From a virus (Duplodnaviria; Caudoviricetes), in IMG/VR virus record IMGVR_UViG_3300009472_000010, positions 1 through 42,881 of that record: a DNA stretch of 42,881 bases; one strand, given 5' to 3'. Position numbers and translations under genes: made by a program. How positions within the stretch are numbered: position 1 is the stretch's first letter; each line of letters begins with the position of its first letter. A model generated the notes under the pieces. It was given only the letters and a program-made list of their open reading frames with translations, ran no database searches and was not told the origin of the DNA. Of the stretch, positions 11,401-19,342 are shown in pieces.

Positions 11401-11917
11401 AAACAAGTTCTTGAATATAAGGTACATTGTCAATATTCATTGAGCGTGATGGATTAAGACCATCATCCCAATATACTTGCCAGGTACAATCAAAATTTTC
11501 TTTTGCTGCCCCTGTAATTAAATGTTTCTTTTTAAAATTTAAACATGGGTCATTTACTATAACTTCATATTTACATTCACTATCATCAAATCTTCCTATC
11601 TCACTACTAATACCATCAGTTGAATATACAACCCATTCATCTGCATATCTATGTATTGCACCTATAATTGTATAAGGTATTACTCCGCATTGTAAATTAG
11701 CTGGCTCATTACCAATAACACCTATGTCACCATCACTACTATTATTTGCAGCATTTATTGCATGATACCAAGAATTATTAGGCTCAAATGAGGGCGTAAT
11801 ATCCTTGTTCATTCCTTTTGAGAATGTGTTTGTTGAAACAGAGGAGCTATTTTTCCTTTGAGGTGCTTTCCTTTGTGTTGGTGCTTTTGATTTAGATGTT
11901 GCCTTCTTTTTTGCCAT
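5459..11917 (-). CDS. Tail stabilisation protein (P22 gp10-like / crAss muzzle-like) with vWA-domain insertion
   Basis: N-terminal FSKGMNKD, GDIGVIGNEPAN, YWDDGLNPSR; late W-T-I-S-Y...WISFHDWHP; size and position directly after the tail tubular gene match crAss-like phages. Likely ATG at 11917 (track starts at TTG 11923). Confidence 0.8.
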   Translation of the reverse strand: MAKKKATSKSKAPTQRKAPQRKNSSSVSTNTFSKGMNKDITPSFEPNNSWYHAINAANNSSDGDIGVIGNEPANLQCGVIPYTIIGAIHRYADEWVVYSTDGISSEIGRFDDSECKYEVIVNDPCLNFKKKHLITGAAKENFDCTWQVYWDDGLNPSRSMNIDNVPYIQELVSGPDLDGEPCVIYEDTTFLDCEKIRLHPLVDTPCLQLTKATDGGTLLNGAYQAYIAYTENDQVISDYIGISNIQTLWSHRGSGGSLDIALSNLDKDYFYFDLVLLIRQQGQIYTKRIGNYSTEVASINIDYIDQALISISFEDLFRQSPLYEKSEAMYVVNDYLIRQGPTEQFDFNYQPLANNIRTNWVINEVTQDYYINAGNKIGFMRDEQYAFFIRWIYNTGERSSSYHIPGRGPQDYTLPNGVDENEREIIYGTNVLDPAGDPVFKVYNTASGGAVPIEPQPDGSNIIARGQMGYWESTERYPDKTPEIWNSSSHTWSNEFDPSAELCGEFIRHHKMPSEMIDPLLTISDNNDSGIRILGVEFSNIKRPLYNDGTPILNIQGYEVLRGSRLGNKTVLAKGMFKNMRKYDVPADQNLLGNAQGLYPNYPYNDLRCDVYHTTHRRTEGCDPGVQASVQEYNALCGFTEDVFTFHSPDLMFTKPYLNAYETVFYGQINGKAQGGFIPSEKHPQQKLLRNITSYLSAIIGIGYAFRNINGTPDTKALPTQAINNAFPEWLLKFKNLNITEFLTATVVTPGGGGTSTDSFNASGGGTDNTGQNNTNNQKGPDAETGAHDAINNYVNTQTSGGGPFNILNFLGELFGDGVDNLLQGLGVDNTLKDRLEEQAIDNIEATTQGPQNGMGLMGGGAQQGVTLDSSESNLSRVFRIAMSTTMLQKNIAVGGQEIIDLIYNLTSFEEHTLKYNSHGFYSNFSAGSINTTYRTLNEAANYIGSSFQTFDQNQYKINNLFRPNTVAVSTVDPIDSSLYAVQDNSRFTLGGYCPSNTNAASGVNWLDVENRLLNPEGPWGSNISALYGALKFNMDNQYGQLDGIKQVQMRGCVNNLDQTNPVDFKYTSSPVFSGDVFIGRYTEKCIMPLFTDFLIGQYDGYPFDYFLRYNIPYPRYWVNSRKYDLGSLAELVSTFGLSGIFNPNSNDLPNDYYYLDRGATCGWDFFPLTLFNTDNLNYTFAMNHAYMYTHVNGINDFYVETEINIAYRDWEEPKERRFYDTYEYNDLGDLFHAEIQKFDNFYKYDESLSPSKFITQNTNFAEIQPRDYNPLVAETCYTAYPKRLIYSLQANEEDRKDYWRQYLFANYKDFKNIVSVIKPFNKNGAVIFFPYQSPQMFDGSFQLKTDVNTLVSVGDGALFKQKLMNIVNSDLSNEYGSLESQRGIINTPAGLFYISQAQGKIFQFTPGKGLNAISNQGMKWWFNKYLPSRFIKQFPQSEGTEWVDNPVVGVGCQVMYDPNDDIVYFMKKDFSLKSEWANKATFSDDLSLPVRIDVPWQVKDIPVAIGDPIYFNDCSWTISYDIKANAWISFHDWHPEFALPSINHFFTTKTIDSEVPICPPGYTFNSTTGQCENIINITEPQTVTVEDIPATVTGGPQNCLLDIVIAIDASGSTGNPNPGQNSLADGELTWLVAFIDDPAIQAALTANTMQIGFLAWATGSAQANPTGTGESMLGAVTGAQARTWFQNNWTSQNGIGGQTNAQLARNNGLTQLNNKAGSAYAANYPARSADPFFRQILIVVTDGNAITSGNNILTPQSFNSLQSANVIPGAGGPVNQELMSVFVSPNANGPGNATIIDQITVGAGAGPANAYYNPGPPITPGPNQFIMNASVPASLQATAQQIANQVCTIPFSCDCPAGYTLVYPNATNGFYTDATGTCDDINPPVCRKVECEDCPPGPVGTTTTTLGTCPDTFPELGLIGDPNWVDPTPPECNYYYADFVQANYKVGSFWRHNVRCDLFANYYGDNYAWEVELINNTGQQVNTIRSIEYQLETYIYKGEPEYNMCGGDKYEDLLFNFDKAIIYNNDQVSGLLNITSQPFNNPWGELTYPIVTANDMTVLASKVEHKFRINQFWDITNDRGEFTNAEQSVFNTQCNGYTRPLNQTNLNYFKPETQRKKFRHYSNHVLLRRQVSGNKKMLLRLENTKLLLSQR

Positions 11918-11936
11918 TACCAATAAATGTTGTTAA

Positions 11937-12896
11937 TTAATTACAAGTTGATGTAGAAGTAGTTGATGAAGTACCATCACTACTAACAACAGCTGGACCG
12001 GCTAACCTTGGATTAACAGGAGCATAGCTTAAGAACATATTATAATAATTATGATATTGTGCTCTTCTATTAACCTCCCACATTTTTCTCATCTCTCTAA
12101 AGTCTGGTGTATTAACAAAACTCAAAGCATTATTTCTAGCAGCTCTTAATCTTTGTTCTACTAAACCTAATTGCTGAGAAACATTTTCTCCTTGCCAAAC
12201 CATATTTTCTAATATTCTTTGTTTTAAAGCATATTCATAATATTCATTACAATATGGTTGATCCAATACTAATAAATCTCCATCAGCATTTTCCATAGAG
12301 CCCTGGTAACTTATATATACTTTCCCAGTTTTAAATGTAGTTATCAAAAATCCGTCTTTTATTTCTGCTATGTCTAATGCTTGAGCACCTAGACCAGGAC
12401 AAAAACATGTTGGATCATTTACATTACTTATCCTCAATTGTGTCCAACTACTAAACTGTCTGTATTGACTAGGACCAACTCTTTGTACTAATTGATAGCT
12501 ATCAGTATCATTACATGTTTTAATAACACAAACATCTTTACATGTGTCGTCTGTACTACATGGTGCTTTCTCTGAAGGTGCTGGTACATAAGGCACATCA
12601 TTAAATGTTTCTACATGTGTTCCAGATGGCATAGAATTATTTACTGTATATGATCCACATCTAAATGCATAATTTATATATGCAAAATCCATAGGTAATT
12701 GTGCTTTACCATGTTCTACATCTATGACTGTTTGCTTTGTTCTATGTATTTTTAATCCTAAATCATAATTAACCCGTGTTGCAACTTTAATGAGTTGTTG
12801 AGGTTCTATCATGCCTTCTAATGCATAATTAGAAAAATCAATGGAAACATCTTCCATCAATTGACTGAATGTTCTATATTTATTTGATACTCCCAT
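11937..12896 (-). CDS. Tail tubular / ring protein (P22 gp4-like, crAss ring-1-like)
   Basis: GKAQLPMDF, GKVYISYQG...DGDLLVLD..Y..EYYEY motifs; immediately upstream of the stabilisation gene. Confidence 0.7.
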   Translation of the reverse strand: MGVSNKYRTFSQLMEDVSIDFSNYALEGMIEPQQLIKVATRVNYDLGLKIHRTKQTVIDVEHGKAQLPMDFAYINYAFRCGSYTVNNSMPSGTHVETFNDVPYVPAPSEKAPCSTDDTCKDVCVIKTCNDTDSYQLVQRVGPSQYRQFSSWTQLRISNVNDPTCFCPGLGAQALDIAEIKDGFLITTFKTGKVYISYQGSMENADGDLLVLDQPYCNEYYEYALKQRILENMVWQGENVSQQLGLVEQRLRAARNNALSFVNTPDFREMRKMWEVNRRAQYHNYYNMFLSYAPVNPRLAGPAVVSSDGTSSTTSTSTCN

Positions 12897-13570
12897 TATT
12901 GTCTATTTATATTACGTTTGTTGTCTGAATCCTCAGAAGGGATTTGCATTGTGCCCATCATAGTTTGAATAACTGATGCTTCTATTTCAGCAAATAATGC
13001 TTCTGGAATATAAATAGGTTGTTCATATCTTGGCGTACAGTCATCTTCAGTATCACAGTTCCATCTGGTTATATCAGAATTAAAAACTCCTTCTACTTTT
13101 AATGCATCCCATGCAATATTAGGAGAATATATATAACCATCTAACCACCAGAAATATAATGTCTTATTATATCTAAAGCTTGTTGTCTTTGTCATTGATG
13201 TGTATGTTCCAGGCTGAGTTGCCTGTAACTCTTGTGATCCATCTATAGAACTAATAGTACGGATCAATGGACCCCAGTAACCTTCTATCATATCAGGAAG
13301 TCTATGTTTTGTACGTTTTATAGTACATCCACTTTGAATTCCACTACATCCTGCTTCAACTTTATCTACTTCTATTAATTCTACATAAGGTAATGTTTTC
13401 CAAACAGAATTAAACTTCATTAGCTTGTTTGCATAGTCTTGCCTTCTCATTAAAACTTGAGCAAACTTTTCAACCAAACTATAAATATATCTATCTGTAA
13501 TAAATGCATCCTGTACCTCGGCTTTAACCTGACCTCTTATTCTTGATACTACTTCTGCTATTGTTGACAT
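12896..13570 (-). CDS. Tail ring protein (crAss structural family)
   Basis: ITDRYIYS, ELIEVDKVEAGC..C.IKRTK..LP, YFWWLDGYIY; between IHF-like and tubular genes; TAATG overlap with the next gene. Confidence 0.6.
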   Translation of the reverse strand: MSTIAEVVSRIRGQVKAEVQDAFITDRYIYSLVEKFAQVLMRRQDYANKLMKFNSVWKTLPYVELIEVDKVEAGCSGIQSGCTIKRTKHRLPDMIEGYWGPLIRTISSIDGSQELQATQPGTYTSMTKTTSFRYNKTLYFWWLDGYIYSPNIAWDALKVEGVFNSDITRWNCDTEDDCTPRYEQPIYIPEALFAEIEASVIQTMMGTMQIPSEDSDNKRNINRQ

Positions 13571-13575
13571 GTTAT

Positions 13576-14142
13576 TTATATTTCAAATTCATTATACTTT
13601 TTTAGAGCATGTTTGGTTTTTTCTGCTTGCTCATCATAAAGATGTGCTACTCTATATTTATTTTTCATAACCACATACTTTGTCCAATTTAAAGGGTAAT
13701 GTTTAGCAACTGATCTTTTAAAATTTCTACAAGCTTTAAATCTCCATAAATCTCTATTCTTAAATCTATATTTTGCAGACCAGTTTGTATAAAATATTTT
13801 ACCTATATTACCATCCGTTTCCCAATTTTTATTCTGTAAGACCTTGCCATATTTTTTTGACAGAGCATAATCAGTATTAACAGATTGTGAATTAGGACAT
13901 GTTCCAATAAACAAATACCCCAATGAATCTGGTAATTCTACTCCGTCTCTATTAGATATTGCTGCCTTCCATAAATTTTCATTATATGTTTTAATTATTA
14001 ACTTTAATTTCTTATTATCTATCTCAGAGTATAAAGGTTTCTTATCTTTAAACTCTCTATATGTTTCTTCATTTAATATACCTAATCTTTTTTGCCTATA
14101 TCTTGGAGCATTTAAATTAGGTTTTTTAAAATTATTTATCAT
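13576..14142 (-). CDS. IHF/HU-like DNA-binding protein (crAss IHF-like gene)
   Basis: Basic protein with GVELPDSLGYLFI and W.F...R.FKR; conserved position before the tail tubular genes. Confidence 0.6.
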   Translation of the reverse strand: MINNFKKPNLNAPRYRQKRLGILNEETYREFKDKKPLYSEIDNKKLKLIIKTYNENLWKAAISNRDGVELPDSLGYLFIGTCPNSQSVNTDYALSKKYGKVLQNKNWETDGNIGKIFYTNWSAKYRFKNRDLWRFKACRNFKRSVAKHYPLNWTKYVVMKNKYRVAHLYDEQAEKTKHALKKYNEFEI

Positions 14143-14155
14143 ACGGTTACATTTA

Positions 14156-14166
14156 TAATTTACAAA
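14156..14166 (-). promoter_or_regulatory. Promoter-like motif variant TTTGTAAATTA overlapping terminator U-tract
   Basis: One mismatch to TTTGTATATTA; 13 nt upstream of the IHF-like ATG. Confidence 0.4.
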
Positions 14167-14200
14167 AAAAACCCCACTTAATGAAATTAAAAGTGGAGTC
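14164..14200 (-). terminator. Intrinsic terminator
   Basis: GACTCCACTT...AAGTGGGGTT stem followed by a T tract, right after the 14202 stop. Confidence 0.75.
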
Positions 14201-14201
14201 T

Positions 14202-15425
14202 TTACAAAGCTTGGTAGGTTAATTCACATATATTTCCCATTGTAGGATGTTGAATCTCTAATTTACCTGATCTCCTATTACCTACATATTTATTACTATA
14301 GTGATAATAATCAGTCTTACCTAAACTAGGAAGAGTCTTTTCTATGAACCCGGCTGTCTCATTAGAAGTCATATATTCCACCTTCCTATCTGTATGTATA
14401 TGACCTTTAAACAGTGTTCTATTAATAGTAGTACCCCATTCTCTTGGATACTCTGTAGCATATATTAGAGGATTGTTTTTACTTCTTTTATCTCCATGCT
14501 CAAATGCATTAAAATTATTATGCCATACATGAACTTTTCTTTCTTCATACTTAGTATCCCAAGTTATTTCATCACTATCAATTGATTTAGATAGTGCATG
14601 AACTAAATGAAAAGATGATAACCTATCATGATTACCTGGTACATATACTACTACTAAATCTTTACAAAATGCTTTTATATAATTGATAGCCCAATGCATA
14701 GCATCAAATGCTTGCACATAAGCCTCTGTAGCTGTCATACAGTTGTCTAAACCTGTTCCGCTAGTAGTAGTGCCCTCAAAGGTATCCATGTTGATTAAAT
14801 CACCTCCTACAACAAAGTACATTCTTTCCATATAATGCACTGGTGCAGCCTTACCTATCAAATATTTAATGGTATCTTCAAAATCTTTATCTATTGTATC
14901 ATTACCTTCTTTACCAAAATGTATATCCTGTAATGATATAACACCACATACAGGATCCAAATTATTACGTGATTTTAAATTAAACTTTGGAAGCTTGTGT
15001 TTTTTAGGTTCCCAAACATCCAATAAATTTTTAAAAAGATTTTCTTCTTGATCTTTTAGTTTAGTAACCAATGCAGATACTCTCCAGTGATCACCCATTT
15101 GTTTATTCCAATACTGTGATAACTTCCACTTATCTGTATCAATTTTAAGTAGTTGTATAATTTCTTCTGCACTTTTAGGTTCATGATCAAATGTACCTGA
15201 TATCTTTCCTTCTCCTTTATCTAAATCTATTGATTCTACAAGCTGTGAGTTATCAGCAGCTTTATGAAAGAACTTACTTCTTTTTCTATCTTTTTTTCTT
15301 TCATGTAATACTTCCTTTTTAATTCTTATATAATCATCTTCATCCATGTCACAACGTTCAGCAGATATACTACTATTCTTTTTCCATTTCAGTGAGTTGA
15401 TTACTTTCTGTTTTAGAATGTCCAT
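14202..15425 (-). CDS. Calcineurin-like metallophosphoesterase
   Basis: Ordered motifs DIHFG, GGDLIN, PGNHD, HGD, GHIH. Confidence 0.85.
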   Translation of the reverse strand: MDILKQKVINSLKWKKNSSISAERCDMDEDDYIRIKKEVLHERKKDRKRSKFFHKAADNSQLVESIDLDKGEGKISGTFDHEPKSAEEIIQLLKIDTDKWKLSQYWNKQMGDHWRVSALVTKLKDQEENLFKNLLDVWEPKKHKLPKFNLKSRNNLDPVCGVISLQDIHFGKEGNDTIDKDFEDTIKYLIGKAAPVHYMERMYFVVGGDLINMDTFEGTTTSGTGLDNCMTATEAYVQAFDAMHWAINYIKAFCKDLVVVYVPGNHDRLSSFHLVHALSKSIDSDEITWDTKYEERKVHVWHNNFNAFEHGDKRSKNNPLIYATEYPREWGTTINRTLFKGHIHTDRKVEYMTSNETAGFIEKTLPSLGKTDYYHYSNKYVGNRRSGKLEIQHPTMGNICELTYQAL

Positions 15426-15453
15426 ATGCTAATTTATTTTTGTATAAAGATAT

Positions 15454-15489
15454 AAAAAAAAAAGAGACTGGGGTAATACCCAGCCTCTC
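15454..15489 (-). terminator. Intrinsic terminator
   Basis: AGAGGCTGGG-TATTAC-CCCAGTCTCT followed by about 10 T. Confidence 0.85.
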
Positions 15490-15490
15490 C

Positions 15491-15529
15491 CAACGTTTGC
15501 AGTAGAAAACCAACAAACCACTACAGTTG
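15491..15529 (-). ncRNA. Candidate structured RNA hairpin with 12-nt loop UUUGUUGGUUUU
   Basis: CAAC-UGUAGUGG / CUACUGCA-(AAC)-GUUG stem, which needs G-U pairs and so forms only on the minus strand; directly 5' of the terminator. Confidence 0.4.
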
Positions 15530-15537
15530 TTTTTTTG

Positions 15538-16098
15538 TTATACAGCCAGTGTAGAAAATAATATTTCTATTGGTTTACATCCTGACCCTATGCTACTATC
15601 TACTACTTTAACTTTATAAGCAGTACTAGCTACTAAATTTGTTATAGTGTAATTTGTAATTGTTGTTACAATAGGTGTGCTATTTGCTAATGTCCATCCT
15701 GTTGGAGCAACCTGAGTATCATAATAAATATTAATACCCGTGCTGTTAGCCCATATACCGTTCCATAATATGTTAGCTGTTGAACTTGTAACTTCACCAG
15801 CAAATACATTATATGGATCATGTGCCACATCTTCTGAAGTACAAGTACCTAATCCGTTTGCAAATATTAATGCAAACTTTTGAATTATAGCATCAAGTCT
15901 ATCACCAGATTTAATCATTATTTGTGCACTTGGATCACCTATCTGAAAAGTAGTACCACAATAACTTACACATGCTGCACACTGAATGTCATCACATCTT
16001 TCACTTCCTATACTACAATCAGTGTAAGAACATGGATTAGTTAATGCTGTGTCAGCACAGCTACATTTACTACTACATTTTGTACAATTACATGCCAT
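15538..16098 (-). CDS. Cys-rich virion protein with C-terminal FN3-like domain
   Basis: 11 Cys in the first 47 aa; VTSSTANILW...YTITNLVASTAYKVKV is an FN3 signature. Confidence 0.7.
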   Translation of the reverse strand: MACNCTKCSSKCSCADTALTNPCSYTDCSIGSERCDDIQCAACVSYCGTTFQIGDPSAQIMIKSGDRLDAIIQKFALIFANGLGTCTSEDVAHDPYNVFAGEVTSSTANILWNGIWANSTGINIYYDTQVAPTGWTLANSTPIVTTITNYTITNLVASTAYKVKVVDSSIGSGCKPIEILFSTLAV

Positions 16099-16113
16099 TT
16101 CTTTTATTTTTTA

Positions 16114-18357
16114 TTATGAACAACCTGCTATTATCTCAGAAGAAATCACTGATGGATCAGAACTTAAATTCCAATTTCCTCCAGTCTGTATTGATAATTC
16201 TTTCCAAGGGAATATTTGTGTCCCATTTATGTTTCCGCTCATACCAGCTCCTGATCCGCAAACAAAGTATTTTACTCCATTAGTATTTGCATCAGCAATC
16301 ATTTGTTGTATTCCTGACCATACAGGTGGTACAAAGCTATCATATTGACCTCCTGGTAAATTATCAGTTATTATAATCACATATTTAGCAACATTAGCTC
16401 TAAGTACTCCAGATAAATTTGAAGATCCAACTATCAATTGAGCTGCATAATCTGTTGGCTCAGGAACGTTCATACCTTGTCCAAGATTTACACATGTTCC
16501 ATCTACACCACCATCAAGTTTATTTAATTGAGTAGTAAAGCTTGTTCCATTATTTGTAGCAAACTGTTGCCAAGAAGTAATATATTGATATGTTCCTGAT
16601 GGACTAGCAGATATTACTTTTTGTGCAGAAGGTAAACCTGAATAATCTGCACATCCACTATATACTGGTTGTGGTTGTAGATACTCATCTGCAGTAACTA
16701 ACGCTAATCTATAATCATTTGCACCTGATGCGGTATCTATAGTATTTACTAAACTTGAAACACCAGCTTTAATAGCACTAATTTGACCGCCCATAGAGCT
16801 TGTGTAGTCTATTATAAATGCTACATCCATCCCATCTGTACATGGAGCACTTGCAGTAGTAGTAGTAAATAATGTGTCAATACAATTTGTATTAGTTTGA
16901 CCATCTATTTCTATATCTATTTCTACTTTGTATTCTGTGCTTGCAGCTAATCCAGTTACTGGCTGCGTTATTGAAACTCCAGGATTATTAACTGTATAAG
17001 TTTGTGTTGTAACGCCAGTTGAAACATTTACTACTCTTATTGTATAAGTAGCTGTTGTTCCTAATGCGTTTGAAATATTTATTGATGCTTCTGTTTGTGT
17101 CACTGCCGTTATTAATACTGAAGTTGGACAAGGAATAATCCCTGTTATTGTTGAACCAATTCTATCCTCACATGTGTTAGTACCATCTGTTACTGAAAAA
17201 TCAATTAAAATAGATAAATCTCCAAATGTATTTAATGTTGGAATAGCAAAGTTAAATCCTCCTGGAGAACTTTGTAATGCAGGTACATCTACTGTAGCAG
17301 TAACTGATACATTATCATCATCAGTAATAGTGATCACACTAGCACCCACTGAACTGTTAAAAGTTCCTGGAATACTTGAAGCATTAAAGTCAAAATTAAT
17401 TGATGCAATTATGCCTGCTGCATTTAACGTAGAAGTTGCTGTATATGCAAAAGTTACTGAATCACATCCTGAAGGACAACAGTTATCTTGTATTGCTGAA
17501 ATAGCACTATACATATCATCTATTACTACCCAAGCATTTTGCATGGATTGTGCTAATGTAGATGGAGCATTATTCCAACCTGTAAAACTTCCATAAGAAG
17601 TATTAGGTAAAGTTAATGATGCTGACGTTCCTTGTATTGTTGTTTGTGATATTGCTGAATTAATAGCAGCTGGTAATCCTACTGCTGTCTCTAAAGCACA
17701 AAATCTAGCTTCAAGGGCTAGAAGTAATACAGAAACATCTGTCAAGTTTCCTACATTAATTATACAAGTTGGTATAACTTGTTTCTCTGCAACTACACCA
17801 GAACATGGTAAAACACATGCTTCTAAAGTAGATATTCTAGTATCATAACTAGTAAGAGTTGTATTTATAAGTTGAATACTTTGTAGGTTAGTACATACCT
17901 GTTGAGCTATTAGAGTAGCAAACTCATCCAAACGTAGTTCAGTAACAGGATTTCCATTAGCATCATTGTATTGTAAACAAGCAGGTAACACCATCATTGG
18001 TAGATTACTTTCTACTTGTGATTCTGAACTCAACCTAGATGTTGGTTGAGGCACTTGACCTGTACCAGTATTATCACATATTTGAGTAACCATTGCCTGT
18101 AAAACAGGAACTAATGTAGTAGGTGTAGTACCTTGTATATTAAGACATGTCAAATCTAATCCTGATAAATTTGGATTAGCATCAACACCATTGGTAATCA
18201 TATCACATACCTTTGTAGCTAATTTTGCTGTTACGTCACTAATAGAATCACCATTGCATAAATCTATGCAGCTGATATCTGGCCCTTGCCATATAACGCA
18301 ATTAGATGATATATTATTACATCCGTTTGTTGTGGCACTTGAATTTGTTGGAATCAT
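16114..18357 (-). CDS. Cys-rich virion protein with coiled coil, FN3-like and C-terminal vWA domain
   Basis: N-terminal CVIWQGPDISC; VTGLAASTEYKVEI (FN3); MDVAFIIDYTSSMGG (MIDAS-like DxTxS) ... VIIITDN. Confidence 0.75.
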   Translation of the reverse strand: MIPTNSSATTNGCNNISSNCVIWQGPDISCIDLCNGDSISDVTAKLATKVCDMITNGVDANPNLSGLDLTCLNIQGTTPTTLVPVLQAMVTQICDNTGTGQVPQPTSRLSSESQVESNLPMMVLPACLQYNDANGNPVTELRLDEFATLIAQQVCTNLQSIQLINTTLTSYDTRISTLEACVLPCSGVVAEKQVIPTCIINVGNLTDVSVLLLALEARFCALETAVGLPAAINSAISQTTIQGTSASLTLPNTSYGSFTGWNNAPSTLAQSMQNAWVVIDDMYSAISAIQDNCCPSGCDSVTFAYTATSTLNAAGIIASINFDFNASSIPGTFNSSVGASVITITDDDNVSVTATVDVPALQSSPGGFNFAIPTLNTFGDLSILIDFSVTDGTNTCEDRIGSTITGIIPCPTSVLITAVTQTEASINISNALGTTATYTIRVVNVSTGVTTQTYTVNNPGVSITQPVTGLAASTEYKVEIDIEIDGQTNTNCIDTLFTTTTASAPCTDGMDVAFIIDYTSSMGGQISAIKAGVSSLVNTIDTASGANDYRLALVTADEYLQPQPVYSGCADYSGLPSAQKVISASPSGTYQYITSWQQFATNNGTSFTTQLNKLDGGVDGTCVNLGQGMNVPEPTDYAAQLIVGSSNLSGVLRANVAKYVIIITDNLPGGQYDSFVPPVWSGIQQMIADANTNGVKYFVCGSGAGMSGNINGTQIFPWKELSIQTGGNWNLSSDPSVISSEIIAGCS

Positions 18358-18398
18358 AGATACTTATTTTTTACTCTAATGCAATGTCTGGTTATAAA

Positions 18399-18420
18399 CT
18401 ATACATTAATAATATACAAA
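18399..18420 (-). promoter_or_regulatory. Promoter-like motif TTTGTATATTATTAATGTATAG
   Basis: Matches 28005-28024 and 34820-34840, including the downstream TATAG. Confidence 0.6.
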
Positions 18421-18463
18421 AAATTTTAAAACCAAACAAACAATGCTCGGTTTTAAAATTTTT
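18418..18463 (-). terminator. Long AT-rich hairpin, probable terminator
   Basis: AAAAATTTTAAAACCGAGCA / TGTTTGGTTTTAAAATTTTT inverted repeat downstream of the 18489 stop. Confidence 0.55.
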
Positions 18464-18488
18464 AAATAAGTAAATATGTAAGGAAGTA

Positions 18489-18749
18489 TTAGGCTACTAC
18501 TTCTGCATTTTCTTCTACTTCAGATAATGTACCGTCTTCTAAACTAATATTAACAGATCCATATTTATCCTCCAATGCAGTTGTAGTATCTTTCCATTCT
18601 GCTTGAAGCTCAGTATGTCTTGCACACAATGTATTTTTTACTAATTCAGCATTACCTATATTCATCAACAACGTGTTGATTTTTTGTTGAAGATCTTTTA
18701 CATCTTCTAGCTCTTTCTTAGTGAGCTTTTTTGCTTTTGATTTTGCCAT
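18489..18749 (-). CDS. Small coiled-coil protein, possible fibre assembly chaperone
   Basis: Heptad pattern ending LEDKYGSVNISLEDG; adjacent to fibre genes. Confidence 0.55.
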   Translation of the reverse strand: MAKSKAKKLTKKELEDVKDLQQKINTLLMNIGNAELVKNTLCARHTELQAEWKDTTTALEDKYGSVNISLEDGTLSEVEENAEVVA

Positions 18750-18781
18750 TTGACTTTGGTTTTAAATATATTAATATAATT

Positions 18782-18789
18782 CAAAGATA
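18782..18789 (-). promoter_or_regulatory. Bacteroidota primary-sigma -7 element (TAnnTTTG)
   Basis: TATCTTTG 32 nt upstream of the ATG at 18749; near matches TATCTTTA (15445-15452) and TATCTTAG (24121-24128). Confidence 0.4.
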
Positions 18790-18801
18790 ATTAAATTTTA
18801 T

Positions 18802-19323
18802 TTATTTCCAAGGAAGATCTTCAATTATTTTTACATCAGGAAATAATTCATCCTCAATCATTTGTGAAAGGTGCTTTAAATAACCCTCTCTTATATTCTT
18901 TTTCAAAAAAGCAATTACTTCTGATTTAGTTAATTGATTATAGTCTTTTAATAAAATTGGATCTTCAACATCTTTAGGTATGATAAATGATCCACTAACA
19001 ATGTAATTTCCAGGCTTAATATCTTTCTTTAAACTTTTTGGAATAACTAATGTACCCTTGTAATCAAAGAACACTTCCAATAATATATTATTTTTATTAG
19101 CAATAAACTTTGTTATCTCAATACTATATCTAATAAATGGCTTTTCAATTTTTTTAGCAAAAGGTTTTTCAATAACTTTAGTAACTTTAGGTTTTCTCTT
19201 AATTGCTTTCTTTAACACAGGTTTCTTTACTTCAGGTTTCTTTGCCACAAGTTTTTTAACAGCTGGTTTTTTACTAACCACTTTTTTCTTAACCACTTTG
19301 TTTTTTACCTTTTTCTTTGCCAT
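18802..19323 (-). CDS. Lys-rich (histone H1-like) N-terminus fused to a fibre-associated domain
   Basis: KKP.VKK repeats in the first ~60 aa; C-terminal YNQLTKSEVIAFLK...LPW resembles small proteins encoded next to phage fibres. Confidence 0.55.
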   Translation of the reverse strand: MAKKKVKNKVVKKKVVSKKPAVKKLVAKKPEVKKPVLKKAIKRKPKVTKVIEKPFAKKIEKPFIRYSIEITKFIANKNNILLEVFFDYKGTLVIPKSLKKDIKPGNYIVSGSFIIPKDVEDPILLKDYNQLTKSEVIAFLKKNIREGYLKHLSQMIEDELFPDVKIIEDLPWK

Positions 19324-19342
19324 TGTTTATTGATTTAATCTA

